Below, piece by piece: positions 39,001-54,000 of a stretch of DNA of 64,000 bases (position 1 is the first letter of the stretch; each line of letters begins with the position of its first letter). The stretch spans positions 1,172,575 through 1,236,574 of the forward strand of contig CP070837.1 of NCBI GenBank assembly GCA_020341815.1, read 5' to 3'. This DNA comes from Candidatus Omnitrophota bacterium (lineage in GTDB: Bacteria; Omnitrophota; Gorgyraeia; JAFGHF01). A program made the position numbers and the translations under genes. The notes beneath the pieces were generated by a model that saw nothing but the letters and a program-made list of their open reading frames with translations, did not search any database and was not told the DNA's origin.

Positions 39001-42000
39001 TCCTGTAGCGGCTATTCACGATGAAATTCCTGCTGCTGATGTTTTGGCAAAATGTCCTTCGGTAGATGTCTGGGGTATGCCTGTGGATTGCTGGGATAAA
39101 CTTCAGGCTACATTTGGTAAGTGGGAGGCAATTTCCGGGAAGCCGATGTTCTTATTCGGGGGAGTGGACTCATTTGATAATAATGCCGGTCAGGAAGACA
39201 GGTCTGCACAGGCAACCGTAGTATCAGATATCTGGAAGCAGGTTGATGGGGCAGGAGATATTTGCTCCGGGATAATCTTCAGAGAATTCAACGATGGATG
39301 GTGGAGGGCCGGTAATAACGATAGTCAGGATAGCGCAGGTTTCTATAACGGCAGCGTCCCTTATGATAGTTTTGATAATGTAGAGTATCGGGGAATTGTC
39401 GATATTGAACGCAATCCCAAGCAGGCTTTTTATACCCTCCAGCAAAATTGGCCCGGAGCCTCCGATGCCTTTATTCCTGTTGAGATAGATGCCCCGGAAA
39501 AAGATGCAGATGGAACTTACCAGATAACCTGGTCCGGTGAAGCCGGTACGAGTTATTATGAAATACAGGAAGCAGCGGATAGCCGTTTTACGGCTAATCG
39601 CAGATACTATTATGCGGAGACTAATCAGTTAGATATCAGCAGGCAAGAGGAAGGGGCTTATTACTATCGCATCCGCACATGGATAGGCGATGTTGCTTCT
39701 GATTGGAGTGAGGTAATATCGGTTGAGGTTGAGTTCTCTAAGGGTAGAGATAAAGACGGAGGATGCTTTATCGATATATTATCTCTTCAAGAAAAAACAG
39801 ATGACAGATTGATTGTATCCCGAATAGAATCGACTAAACAGAAGGCAGAGCAGGCGAAAGAGGAGTTTGCTTCTCTGTGGAGAATTAATCCGCGGGAGGT
39901 TTCTGTAAGGGAGGTCTCCGGGTTGTCTGTGCCAGGGTGTTTAATAGAGGAGCCGGATGGAACAATTACAATGCTTTTACGGCCGAATGCCTTAATCAGC
40001 ACCCTGCGTCATGAGTATCGGGGCGCAACCTTAGGAATTGACCATTCGGATAATAGCAGAATAGACGAGGCGCTGCTTATCCAGCCGGAAAATTCCTTAG
40101 AGTATCTCGAGAAGAACTACCCTGAAGTTTACCAACGCGTGTTCGCAAACATTGAACAGGTGAAAAATGGTAAGACTCTGCCTGTCCTTGACTGGGCAGA
40201 TGAGGAGGATATCTATGAGTATCTTATAGATGATGCCTCATTTAACCGATTCTGGTTTGGCACTACTACCACTCCTACCCCTGAGGGGCCGCAACGGTTT
40301 TGGGTTCTTACAAGAGTAGCGCCTGATATTATGAGAGATTATAAAGATTATAGCGACGATTACGAAAAGATAAATGCCTATTTAGTTGATTTAGGACTGG
40401 TAGAGGGATTAAACACCAAGCTTTTTAATGCGGGAGAAGACGTATTGGGGCAATCCCCTCGTTCCGGGCCTCCTTTCGCCCCTGATTTACTAGATCCGCA
40501 GGAGCCTGACTACGACCCTGACTCCAGCTATAGAAAGGTATACGCCCCGCTTCTTTTCAGCTTTATAAAAACAAAAGGTTACAGCGAAGACAAACTTATT
40601 TCTGCTCTTCCTGAAATAGAGGCGCTCCATGATGAACTGAAAGATAATTCCGATGCAAGAAATTATTTACCCGCATTCTTCTCTTACAAAGAAGATGGCA
40701 TATTTTATCCTGTTTATTATGTTTCAGACATTTCTGCTGCTGCACTTGTTGGCGATACGCCAGAAGCACGCCAAGCACGCCGTTACCTCAACTTCCTTTT
40801 CGACACCGTTTGCGGGTATATGGATTTAAATAATAATGGAATTGTTGACGATGAGGATTATCAATATGAAAAGTTAGCTGAGGATATCGAAGAGAGAGCT
40901 TCATACTGGGTAAGTGACTTTGAGTTGGTTGGATGGCTTAATGCGAATTGCTGGGATGAGATAGATGCCTATCATAACCTTAATGCCACAGGGTTTTTTA
41001 GAGATGCCGATCCTGACAAGGCAGAAGAAATGGAAATAAGAAACCAACATTTAGGCACATTGTATCAGCAGCAGCAGAGGATAGAGGATTCGAAAAATCC
41101 TAAGCGCGAAAAGATATATGTAGTGATACATTACGATGAGAATGGAGTTCAACAGCCGCCGCAGGAGAGAAATGCGAATGAGGAAGGAATAAATGAAGAG
41201 GGAGAACATTATCGTTATGGATGGAGTCGCGAGGCAGTAAAAAATCACCTTGCAAATTGCGCTACATTGCTAGACAGCTGGAGTTATATTTGCGAGTATA
41301 ATCCTACATTAGGAGAGAATTATACAGCTACTCCTTATCAGAGGGCCGTTATAAGCACATGGGAAGAGCCGGTGGATTATGACGGGAAACCTTATGAGAA
41401 AAAGGAATGGGATGAAGAAAATACAAGAGATGTAACTTACTATTTAGGCAGGAAATATGAGAGTTTAGACGGCAATTGGGGAGAGTTAGTTCCGCTTCCT
41501 CGTGAACTCAAGAGTATAGATAACGTAGTAAATGATTTGAATCATATCCATCTCTTAATTACTGAGGCAAGCGTCGGTTTGAAACGATGCTGGGAGATAT
41601 GCCAACCGGGAGTGGTGTTTAGCCTTGAGGATGCTAACTCTCGGGGATTTGTACTTATCCAGATGCTTTTAATGAAAACCGAGTATCGCAAAAAGGGAGA
41701 GGCCGTATGGAGAGATATTGATACAGAAGATGAAATGCGCAAGACTGTTGATTTGAAATATAGCCCCTCTCAAATGGTGGGAGTTATTAATCGCGCCGGC
41801 GAGATTGCCCTTTCTATGGGTGATTTAGAGACCCTTTACGACTTTGATAGAACCACAGAAACAGATATTGCATTTCAGTTGATTTTCTATTTGGAAGAGC
41901 AGATACTCATTCCTGGAGTGCGCGAATATGGCGTGGGGTTGGATTTGAATAGCGGTCAAGAGTTTGGCTTAGAGGATGAGAAGATAAAATTGGTCTTTAC

Positions 42001-45000
42001 CGAGGCCTCGCAGGTAGTTGGGTTTGTGAAGAATCTTTTAGCGGTTAGGCAAAGCCCAAGTTATTCTAACTTATGCGAGTTGTGGGGAATGGAGAGCGAT
42101 GTACCTTATCGTAATGACCAGACCCCTGTGGCTTGGACAAAAGGGCTAGATGGAGATCCTCTATTTGCCAGTATAGTCCTACGCCAATTTACAGAAGATA
42201 TGGCCTGGATGTTGACCCCGCGGCCGGATATGGGCGGCAAGAAATGCTATTATTCCTACAACATAGATAACTTATCTGCCGGATATACCCTGAGGCCATT
42301 GCCGGATGATTTTGATATTGACGACCTGAGCGCCTCTATAGACAGAGAGTGGTATTTAGTGGTTGGATTTAAAGAGGAGTTTCCTGATAAGGATGGGGTT
42401 TTAGATGTGATTACTTCTTATCATCCCGATGCCTCTCCCCAGTATTATGGCGATTGCAAGGTAATAGCAGAGACTGCAGAGACAGAAAAAGGCACAAATC
42501 CAACTGCTTCACTTTTAACCCGGGTAATCATTAGTGAATTGGCTCACCCTTATGAGTTGAGCATAGATAAATACCTGGCAGGATATGTTCCCTCTGAGTA
42601 CTGGCAAGAGACCGATTGGGAGCAGATAAAAGACTTAGTGGTTGAGGATATGCAGAGGATGAAAGAAGTTGTTGCCTTGCCCGGAATAAGAGCTGCATGG
42701 AAAAAGCATTATAAAGGTATTATTGCAGAAGCAGTGTTTGATGCGGAGTTTTGGGGTAACAGCACTCTATCTAATATTCAGGCCAGTAATTCAACTGCGG
42801 ATAATCCAATCTACCTTGCTCAGTCCGCAGCATTCCGCACCACAACCAGTAAATACATCCGTAGTCATGAGTTCAAGATAGACGCACATCTTGCCGAAAA
42901 AGGGCCTGAGGAATGCTGGAAAGAAAAAGATTGGGAAGTGGTTAAGATAACCTTGGTAGAGGACTTATATAGAACACAAGACTTGTTTGCCGTAAACGGG
43001 TTGATAAAAGCCCTCAAGACCAGCGGCTCCCAGCATACGACTATCAGCAATGCCATGGCCGATACCCTCTGGCCTACAGCCGGGGCAACAGTAGAAGACT
43101 CCCAGATCATCGGGCCTAAAGGTATAGCCTTAAGCGAATACGAAGTAACCCGAACCACTGTCAGCGCAAAGGCAAGACAATTCAAGCTGAAGCCCGACCA
43201 CCTCATCGCCGGACAAGACTACACAGCATACTGGCAGGAGATAGGCGCAGACAGAACCAGCACAGAGTGGCAGACATACTTAGCTACAGTGGTGGATGAT
43301 GAATACAGGGTAGGCGACTTATACAAGGTAACAGGTTTAGTCACAGCCCTCAAGACCAGCGGCTCCCAGCATACGACTATCAGCAATGCCATGGCCGATA
43401 CCCTCTGGCCTACAGCCGGGGCAACAGTAGAAGACTCCCAGATCATCGGGCCTAAAGGCACGCTTTTAAGCACCAATGAAGTAACGAGGTTATTCATCAG
43501 CAGAGAGAGTCATCAGTTTAACTTGCAAATAGACGCCTATATAGTAGGAGAGCCGGTATATTGGAAAGAGCGCGGGGCAGATAGAAATAGCAAAGAATGG
43601 CAGGAGGTATTAAATACGATAGTCGAACATAAATACAGACTTGGTCAGGTGTTTGCTATACAAGGTATTATTGATGTCTTCCAAAGATATTATCCGCCGG
43701 CGATGGCTTCGCAATTTGCCGATAGTTTCTGGGGTAATGCACAGCCTTCTAACATCCTTGCCCCTGTTCCGACTGCAAATAATGCAAAGGTCCGTTTTCA
43801 AGATGGAGACAACGAGGTCGAATATTTAACTATGTCGGAATTATTGCGCACCATAGGCGGTGAATATATCAAGCCGCTCTTATTAGACCTGGATTATCAG
43901 CGATATACTGAACTGAAGTTTGAGGCCTCTAAGATAAAAGACCAGTTGGAAAGAGAGATAATGCTGCGGGATGAGCCGGGCTTCTTAACCTTAATGCCCC
44001 GCTGGTATAACTATAACGGCTTAAAGGCGAGTGAAAAATTCTGGGGTGATGCAACAGAGCTTACGATTGAAGGAGAAACGGTATCCGCCAGCAGGCTAAC
44101 CAGGATATTAACCGCTGCTTTAGCCGATGGAGTGTATTCGGATGAACATACCGAAGGCACGCATATAAACCTTACTATTATGGAAGAAGAAAAGATTGAC
44201 CTGGATGCAAATAAAGACACACCCAGAGCAGTAGTTAGGCACATCGGGTTCCAGATAGAGTTGAGGAGCAATAAAGAGGCCTTTGATAATATGGAGGAAT
44301 TGTGGGAACTTGAAGGCGTAGGGTTCTGGGGGACTACTGAAGGATACAAAGGCTTCACCAAATCGGAACTCTTGCGCCAGATTGTCAGTAATGCAGCAGA
44401 GAAGATAGGCGAGGAAAGGGAAGACTTCTTCTTCACGGTAGATGATTATTTAGTTGAACTGAAGAAGGTTGTAGAGCTGAAAACCAAATTGAACAGCCGC
44501 ATACCTCTGTTGCTATTCCTGAAGAAGAGGCCAAGGCTGCGCGCCTCATACAGAGGGGCCCAGGATATACAGTGGCTGTTTGATACGGCAAAACATATTG
44601 GCCCGGAAATAGAAAAGGGCTATCCTAATGTAGATACTTATATAGTAGTGGCAGATAAATGGAGAGTTATCATCTCCAGAGTAGAGCATAGATTGGAAAG
44701 AAGCCTCGTCATTGACCCGGAAAGAGGCAACTTTGGCTACGATATCAGGGGAGGAATTGTTACCCTGCATTATCACGATAGTATTACCGGCAGTATTCCT
44801 GTAGGCTTAGAGCAGGTAAGCGTGGCTTCTTTAAGCGTGAGCCTGGTAGTCAGAGGCTTAACATTAGAAGAAGCAGGCAGGCGCTGGGTTGAAGATAAGG
44901 ATTTCATTCAGCAGGCCAATGAGATTGTGGTTATTTCCGAGCGCAACGATTTAGGCCGGATAAATTATCACGAAGAGATCGGCAGGACAGTTTACTATTA

Positions 45001-48000
45001 CACTCCCGAAGGTAAAAAGGTCGCCCAGGAGGAGCATTATTATGATTTAGCTAGAGGCGGCTTAGTCAGGCAGATAAGAGATAATCTGGAGACTGTTTAC
45101 CGTTATGAAGAGGGTTATGGCTATTACGATTCCCGCAGACAGTTCTATCCTTTTGCCTCTTCAGGCGATATCTATGTGCGTAGCCCCTATACCCATTTAG
45201 CCACCTTTACCAATAGTGAGCCCAACTTAGAAAGAGGCGAATTTACGCAGCAACTTACCTATCTCGCCGGCAATAAACAGGGGCGCACAGCAGAGCAGAT
45301 CTTGAGTGTTGTCAGTGGCGCCAGTGTGCACGTTTATGAAGGAGAATGCCAGACAGGTATAGGCTTAGACTGGGATACAGAGATAAAACACAAATATAAA
45401 GATGGCGTTTTTGAGGTGCTGAGGACGCCTACGCACACTAAGAAGCTTGACCAGTTTGGCAATAGCCTGGATACCTCCGACTTCCACAAGTTTGATGAAG
45501 ATGGGCAGGGAAAAACCATTGTGCTCATCAAAGGTGAAGATAAAGTATTTGGGGTGTATTATGAAGAGACCTATAATGTTACCGGCGGCCTTCTTGTGCA
45601 CAGGATTATGACCGAGAAGTGGGGAAGAGAGCTGATAAGGACAGAACATACCCTAATTCGCGGCACACCGATTATCGTTGGCAACAAGCTTATCCGCAAG
45701 GGTGTAACCTTAGAGGACTTTACTATCGGTGATGGTAAGCACGTGCCCGTAGCCAACGAGCAAGGCCTGATTGAGGCCGAAGGTAAAGACTATTTTGGCA
45801 CAAGGGCTAAGCGCTATTACACCAATTATGCGGCAGTAAAAGAAACAGAATACTTTAATAAGGATGGCGAGTTAATCCTTTGCGTTGGAAACGACCTTAT
45901 TAAAGGAAGGCCCTATGTTGTTGGTTATACAGAAGAAACTGCTCAGGGCGGGACGATTGCCACATTTAAGATTGCTGCCGAAAATATGGTTAATGGGCTT
46001 GTTCATCCTGCTGAAAAAGGATGGCAGAAGGCCAGATTAAGGTTAGACAGTGTTGAAGAGTGGCGCGGCAACTCTTACCGCCAGTATCTTGACTATTTTG
46101 CCGGTGTGAGGAAAAAGGAACTTGTTGATAGCCAGGGTAATACTTTAACTGTTGCCGAGAATGAAACCTTTGAGGCTACAATATTTACCCGCAAGTACGT
46201 GCTCAAGAATGCCCGAGGGACAACCTTGGAAGAGTTTGAGGTGGAAAGTGAGGACATTGAAAACGACTTACCTAAACTCTCAATACTGGCGCTTGAGTCA
46301 AAAGAGGTTTACGAGGTTGACGGCTCTGTTACTACAATTGAGAGCAAGGAATTTAGGGTAGCCCGAATGAAGGGGACGGATTGGCGCAAAAACAGGTTTG
46401 AGCGTTTCTCTAATGGCTTTGGCGGATTAGTTCAGGAGAAGGTATTCGTTGAAAATGGTTCTGAGCCTGTTTTGATAGGCGAAAACCGCGAATTTGCCTT
46501 TGGCCGCTATGCTGTAAAACGGTTGAAGTTGTTGGCGGACGGCACAGTTATGGAATACCTCTCTATTCAATTAGATGGAGAAGGCCTGGCTGTGCAGGAG
46601 GAAGGATATGTTATTGCACAAGGGAGCGAGTTAAAGGGCATCAGAGAATCGGGAAGCCTGCGCTATCGCTGGATAAGATTGATGCTTGATAAGGCAGTTG
46701 ACGGCACAAAACAAAAGCAAATCCTCGATGCCTGCGAGGTAGTTTTGCAGACAACGGACAACGGGCTTATCCCCGGGACAAAAGAGATTCGCCAAAGCAC
46801 AGTAATAAATTCCATAGATGTTATTACCCGTTACAGCAAAACACAGGAAGACCTATCTACCGGCCTGCTTGAATTAGACAGGCAGGGCCGCACTATTTCT
46901 GATGTCAAGATTCTGCTCGGCGCAGATAAAGCCGGTGGGTATATCTGGAAGGAAGTTGAGGAGTATCACCTTTCCTTAGGCGAATTAGAGCAGGAGAATT
47001 GGGAAGAATACGTAACTTATGGTTCTGGAAAAGCAAAGACAACAGAGAAGGTCAATCTGGTAACTAAATATGTGCCGGTCAGAGGCATGGGCTTTATCAA
47101 ATCCAGCAAGACCACCTTTAAATATAAAGGAAAGACCTTAACCTATCGCAGCGCCAAGAATGTATTTGTGGGGGATTTCCCTCTTCTGGATAAAGATGAC
47201 TTAACCAGAAGCGAGGTTAGTTCTCTCGATGCTTATGACGATACCCTCGGCCCATATTCTAAACATACCAGCGAATATCGCGACGATTTCGGCGGATTAA
47301 AGAAATCTGTCTATGAATACAAGAGGGGCCCGGCCGTAACGCACAATACCTTATTCCCGCAGACAGATATTGTTGTGGAGAGCGAGGTAAAAGATATCCT
47401 TGAGAATATGTTACGCTTCAGTTACGCCAGAGAAAAGTCCCCCGAAGGCCTGTCTGTGTTTGAAAATAACCGCAGAACGATGCGGGAAGGCAACTGCGAA
47501 GGCGAGCGCTGGGATGCCTTATACGACCGCTTCGGCGCAGTGTATGAGATAGCTAACAAGATGAACAAGACCGTCTATACGTTCTACAGCGTGGTTGAGA
47601 TCTTAACTAATAAACCTCAAAAATATGGAAAATATGAGCGCGCTATCAGGGGCGTGGGGGATTATGTGGGCTTGAAAGAAACAGGCGCAAGAAAGAGTTT
47701 TGATTTTAGCAACATGAGAATTACCTGGGATGTGCAGAAATACCTGGGAGATACCAAATATTATCTTTATTCCCTTACCCGCATTACCGATTTAGAGACC
47801 GGAAAACGGGAAGAAGAGACCATTGAAAAATACTCGCACACCGTCTTTACTTACGCAAGCCTGGCCGCTGAGCTCTGCAACAGTCCCGACAAATCAGAGG
47901 AATATAGATATTGCAAATCAGGCGGCCAATACGCAAAACTCAAATACACCCTGACCAAGCAGAATGTATATTCGGGAGAAGAAGATGATTGTCGCCAATT

Positions 48001-51000
48001 TGACTGTTGCTGTAGCGGCTCCCTGGGAAGATTCGGCGGAGAATACCGCCAGTTTGAACGAGTGGATAACCATACCGGCAAAGTCGACTTAGAATACGAT
48101 ATCCGTTTCTACGAAGAGGGTCCTTTCTACATTGAAGATGCCATCCGCCACACTAATTTAGAGTATAAGTTATTCGGCCGCAGAATCATCGCCACGACTT
48201 ATTGCAATGTGACGGGTGAGATAACCGACGATGCCGTTACAAATTTCATCAAGGGTTCTGGCTGGGAACGGATAACTAATACTTATAAGAAGCGCAATAA
48301 CTTAGCCGACCCGGGTGAGGTCTCTTACATAGAAGAAGCCACATTGGATATCTACGGGGATATCCAGGGGGCCTCTATAATTTATCCGGCCTTTCCGAAA
48401 GAAAATGAAACTGTTGAAGTTATTTACGGCAATTGCGCCGGCATAGAAGAAGAAAGATATGTCTTCCTGAGTTCAGAGTATAAACATAGCACAGATAAAA
48501 CTACTTTAATGAAGAAGCATTATTCTAACTATAGCTGGTCAGCAGGCGAATTACGCGAACAGGTTCAAGATGACTTTGCCTGCGATGCATATATACAGGT
48601 CTTAGATGAAGTCGGCAGAATAATTTTAAGAGAGAAGAGCGTTATAGATATCTTTGGCAGGACAATTACAGTGCGTGATAACATTGAATATGTACACGGG
48701 ACCAATAGAAGAAAGATTGTGTATAATTATGTTTCCGGTGAGCCCGCAGGCATAGGCGCCAACAGTTCAAGAGATAATTTAAAGAAGGTTTATCGATATT
48801 TTGATTTTACTCCTGCCGACAGAGCGGTGCATACTCATCGTTTCCGTATTATCCCTGCCTGGGGCCTTAGCGCCGATGGTGCGGTAGATATCCGCGACCC
48901 CTTAGGCAGGATGAATATTACCTATGATAACGGCGACAGGCTTGGGGTGTCCGCATATCTCAAACACACTAACATTGCCGTTGATAGTTATTTAGAGAAC
49001 CGCCACGGCAAAAAGATCGAACGTTACGAGACACAGCCCTGTTACGGCGTTGTAGAAGGTATCCCCATTAGCCTGGTGAAAAAATATATCGTCTCTCCAT
49101 TCTTTGGCTTGGAAGAAGAGACGGAAAAGCTCGGGTTCTTAAGAGGAGCAGACGATATTCGGGTCTTCAGCGATATCTTTAACGAGAGGACCTTTTATGA
49201 TATGTTGTCGCCCTTTAATGAGGCGGTGTTTACTGTTGACTCACAAGGTATCTTCGGTGCTAAGGTAAGTTTCGGCCAGCATTTCTATAAGACAGTAAAA
49301 TCGAATGTGGTGCAGATACATCGGGCAGTGAGGGATACTCAGGACTATGTCGATGCTGACGGTAAGAAGGCTCAAGAGCCTGTATTAGTTGTGCGCACAT
49401 TTGATTTTGGCGGCGTGGGCAAACAGTGGTTTACGCAGCGCACCCAGGATATTAAAGGAAGTCTTTTAGAGGTTAAGAACGGAGAGGTAAGCTTACCTGT
49501 TTATTATTCTATTTATAATGCAGAGGCGGTATTGGATGAGGTCCAAAAGGAGGCCGATTTTAAGGAAAAGTCAAATCTGCTTTATGTCTTAGGCGTTTTT
49601 GCACCCGAGGCTTCCGGCGACTATGTTTTCTCAGCAGGCATAACTCCTTTAGCAGGCGGGCAGACAGTTAACGATTATGAGTTTGACTTTGAGCTTGTTT
49701 CCGCGAAGGGAATTGAAAACGGGCGTATTTTAAACCGCGATATGTTCAGCGGAGTTGAGAATTATCTTTCTGTGGGAAGGACAAAGTTAGAAGACGGCTC
49801 CTGGAACTCAGACATTGAGACCACGAGAGACAACGTTGTCTTAACCCGAAATTGCACGGTTGCGCCTAATTATCCGGGTTCATCCTGGTTTATGAAGACA
49901 GGTAAATACGCATATTTAGTGAAATATCTTGTTCTGCGTAACGGCAAACCATTGGATCCGAGAAATCCGATATTTACCACGCCGGCGCCTTATCATGAAT
50001 TAACGGGTCCTGCAGAGTTGAAGCTAAACGGCACAGCGATTTGGCTTAACGGCGCAAAGGCAGAGCTGTGGGGATATGATTTAGGCGCTGTGCCTCAAGG
50101 CAAGCTGCCGAATGCGGTAAGGCTTGACCTGGCAGTATTAGGAGGAGATGCAGGCGTTAAGGCTTTGGCGGAAAGCGGCGTAAGGTTTTATAAAACATAC
50201 AAAGTGCCCGAAGATGATTTACTGTTGGCCTTTAAAAAGTACGGTCTATTTATGGAAGTGGGAAGGGCCAAGGAGATGAGCATAGCTCAATTTAAGGCTT
50301 GGGTATTGGCCCATAGCGACCCTTCCCAGGAGAAAAACTGGCCGATAGCAGTATTTAATTGGGATAACGAGCCGGAATTAGAGTTGAGGAGTTCCGCAAG
50401 GTTAGAGGCGCGGCTTGGGGAATTGGCTGCGGCCATCGACGAGACAAATGCAAAGGTTTCGCATATACCTTCCACGATTGCCGTTCATGATGTGCCTACG
50501 CCCGATATGGTAGCGGCAGTGCCGAATATAGGATTCTGGACGGGGAATATTTACCGCTGGGATAATGTCGAGAGCGCGCATAAGGATTGGAAGAGAACCT
50601 TGATTATGGCCAAGGCGCTAAATCCTGCCCTAAAGGTTAAGTTTTTGCATATAGGTGAGTTCGGGGTGGATAGTTATAATATGCAGACCCTCAAGCCCGA
50701 CCAGGATAATCAGGCCGCCGGAATATTTAATATTATGAAGAGCATCAAACAGCGCAGCGCTATTTTTAACGATTACGGCAACATTGTAACCGAGATTGAA
50801 GACTTGACCGACGAACATAATCTTTTTATCGGCGGCTGCACATTTAAATGGGATGAGTTATGGAAGATAATAGGCAAAGATGCCGGCGAGCAAGACCTTG
50901 ATGTTTCCGGATTCGGCAATTGCTTCCCTGACGGCTATCCGCATAATGAAGAGCTGCTGGGGTTATCCGAATGTCTGACAATCGGACCCGGCGGAGTAAT

Positions 51001-54000
51001 TAAGCATGGCGCGCCTAAGGTTGCCGGGCGCATCTTTGAGGCAGTATTGAGGCTTTTCCCTGCGGGCGCCTCTGTCAATATTGACGAAGCAGTGCTCAAG
51101 TCAAGGTTCAATATAGAAATTACCCGCATTAAGGAAAAGAAGACCAAAAAATTATCATATCTCTGGTTTAACTCAAGAGGCCAGATGATTTATTCGGAAG
51201 ACAACGGCATCAGCGTGCAGAAAGGAGAAAAAACAGAGCGCACGCTTTATCTTCCTGCGCTTTCTGATGAGGTATCCCTGCCTTTTGCGCCTTTGTCCGC
51301 GGGAATGAGCCTTACCGTTCCTGCGCAAAACAGGGAATTCGACTGGATGTATGTCTATACCAGGAACTTACCGGAAGACGCAGAGTTTGAATTAGTATTT
51401 GAGGATAGGGCCTCCGGAAAGATTATAAGCGTAATTTCGCCGGTAGCCCTGAATGAGCGCTCTGAACTTAAAGAAAACCAGATTCTTTTCTGGAGCCCCT
51501 TCGAATATGCTAAGTTGGATTTCACCAATCAGAAAAAACATGAAGCATTAGGGAAGAAGGTAGAGAGGTTTACAGCCTTTAGAGACTATGATATTAGCAG
51601 GACTTCGGTTTGTTTCGGCACTCTTCGTTCATTGGTAAATAGAGAGTTATGGATTGTGCCTCTTGACCTGTTAAGGGCTAAAGGGGTTGAAAATATATCT
51701 CAGATAAAGGTCTCTCTGAAGGGAACAACTGCTGCTGGCCTTGAGATTTCTGAGTTAAGGGTTGCCGGGCCATATCCCCTGACAGAGAGAAAACTGGAGA
51801 CGCCTTTACCTGCGGCGGCGCTTAAGACAGAGGTCTTCTCGGATGGAGAGGCAATGCTGCTGGTTAAAGATGCCCTGGGTTTTGAGGCAACATATCTGTT
51901 ATCTTTGCCTACACGAAACGAATATAAAAACGACCTTCTCGCAGTGAGCGATAACCCCTGGATAGTTACCACGAAGAGGCTTACCTGGGAATCCTTAACC
52001 ACGCAGGACAAAGAGCCGGAGAGAAAAGTTAAGGGGACAACAGAGGTATTGGGAGCGCGCCGTGATGCCGTGCGAGTGCATTCGTCCTATAACGACCAGA
52101 TTCTCTATATACGGTTTCCTTTCTATGAATACAAAGACGGGAAGGAATACCTGCAGGTAATTTCCATGCCTATAGATTTAACTAAACAAGTAGAGATTGC
52201 CCGTTTTGACACACAAATAAGCGATACCGAGCCGATATCTATGGCCTATTTGACTCCTCGCTCAAAGGGTAACATAGTGGTGTTTGATTTAACCATAGGG
52301 TTAAATCAGCGGAATCCAAAGGCATCTGTTTACGCCTCCATATTGAAGGGCTTATCTCCCGAGCAGGTTCAGGAGCATATTGAAATTGACGCACTTCAGA
52401 TGCAGCTCATCAAATACTTTACTCTTAACGGACAAAAAGGTTTAGAAGAAATACTTAATTCTTTTGTTTCTATTTCCGATGCCGGGAAGCTTGAGCCTAG
52501 GCCTCTTGGCGAGCGAGAAGATGCGCCTTCGTTAGGTAAGGAAAAAAGTGATTGGTTAGAGATAGAGCCTCGATATGAAACTGAAGAGGCATTGGCAGAC
52601 CTTGCCTTGCCCAGAGCAGGCAAAAGCAAGGAAGAGGTTGCCCTTAGGTTTAGCAGGCTGAAGGAAGACGGGTTTGAACCCTTTAAGGTCATTGATTGGG
52701 ACAGTCGTCCTTCCTGGGTAGAGGCTGCCCTGGTTTATCTGCGCAAGAAGTTCCCGGATAAAGCAAAGTGGCTTGAAGGCCTTATTCGCTCAGGAAAGTT
52801 ACGAGCCGGCCCCGACAAGGAAAAAGTATTATACGGCGCAAATGACGGAGATACCTATCTTATTGCCACCAACATACCTCACCGGAATAAAGAAACAATC
52901 TTAACAGCCCACCTTATCTATGAAACGAACAGAGATACGCCTCTAAAAAATAAACTAGCCAGCAGAGAATATGTAGCATACAGCTTAAGAGCGGAACTCT
53001 CAGGGCGTAACGGCGTCTTTAAGGCCCGTATGCAGGAGTTTCGTTCTCAAGGCAGGCCTTTCTTTATTGTTCCTCAGGAGCTTCAAGAAGGACCGGCAGA
53101 TATTGCGCAAGGCTGGAATAATCCTTCAAATTACATTGACACTTTGGATGAATTAGCCATTTTGGAATTCCTCATCAATAACGATGAGATAGAGTTGGCT
53201 AAAGCTATAGCGGATACCTTCATAGATATTACCGAAGGCAGAAGGCCTTTGTGCGAGGCCTATCATAGGGATACAGGAAGGCCGTTAAAATACAATCCTT
53301 ACACAAAGAGAATAGTGGCAGCTGAAACTACCGCTCTCTTACAGGCAGAGGCAGCGCGCCTTATGCTTGAGTTACATCAAAAGACAAATGATAACAGATA
53401 TCTTGAGTTCAGCCAGAGTCTATTCTCTTGCCTGCTTAATAGATTCAATCCGGATATAAGAGATCATATCGACAGATCAAATGGACATAGTCTAAAGCTA
53501 TTCGCAAATATGGTCTGGACTACGCTAAGGCATCCTGTTAAATCCCTGGAGGTTATTGCAAACAACCACCTGCAAGAGGCCTTAACAAAAGAACTTTCCT
53601 ACGAAGAAGTCCGCCAGGCATTTGAAAAAGATAAATACAAAAGAGGCTTTACGGAATTTCCTTCCTGGCCGATACCCGAGCCGGGGCAGGCTTCGATGGA
53701 GGATAATCTCTATTTAGCCGATATTAATGCCCGAATTTACATCAATATACTGAAGATGCAACAGCTGCTTTCAAGCGCTGAGGTTGATAAAGACGATGAA
53801 GGGCTATTGTTGTTAAATTTAGTTTCTTCACGACAGGAAGAGTTTTTGAACGAGCATTTCTTTAACGACTTAGAGAATAACAGGCTTCCTTATGACGGAT
53901 TTAGCTTTACAGCTCCTTTGGCTGAGCGGCCCGATGCCGGAAAAATGTCAGAATTACTCGCCAGGCTGAGGGATACCTGGCGTCAAAATATGGATAAAGG

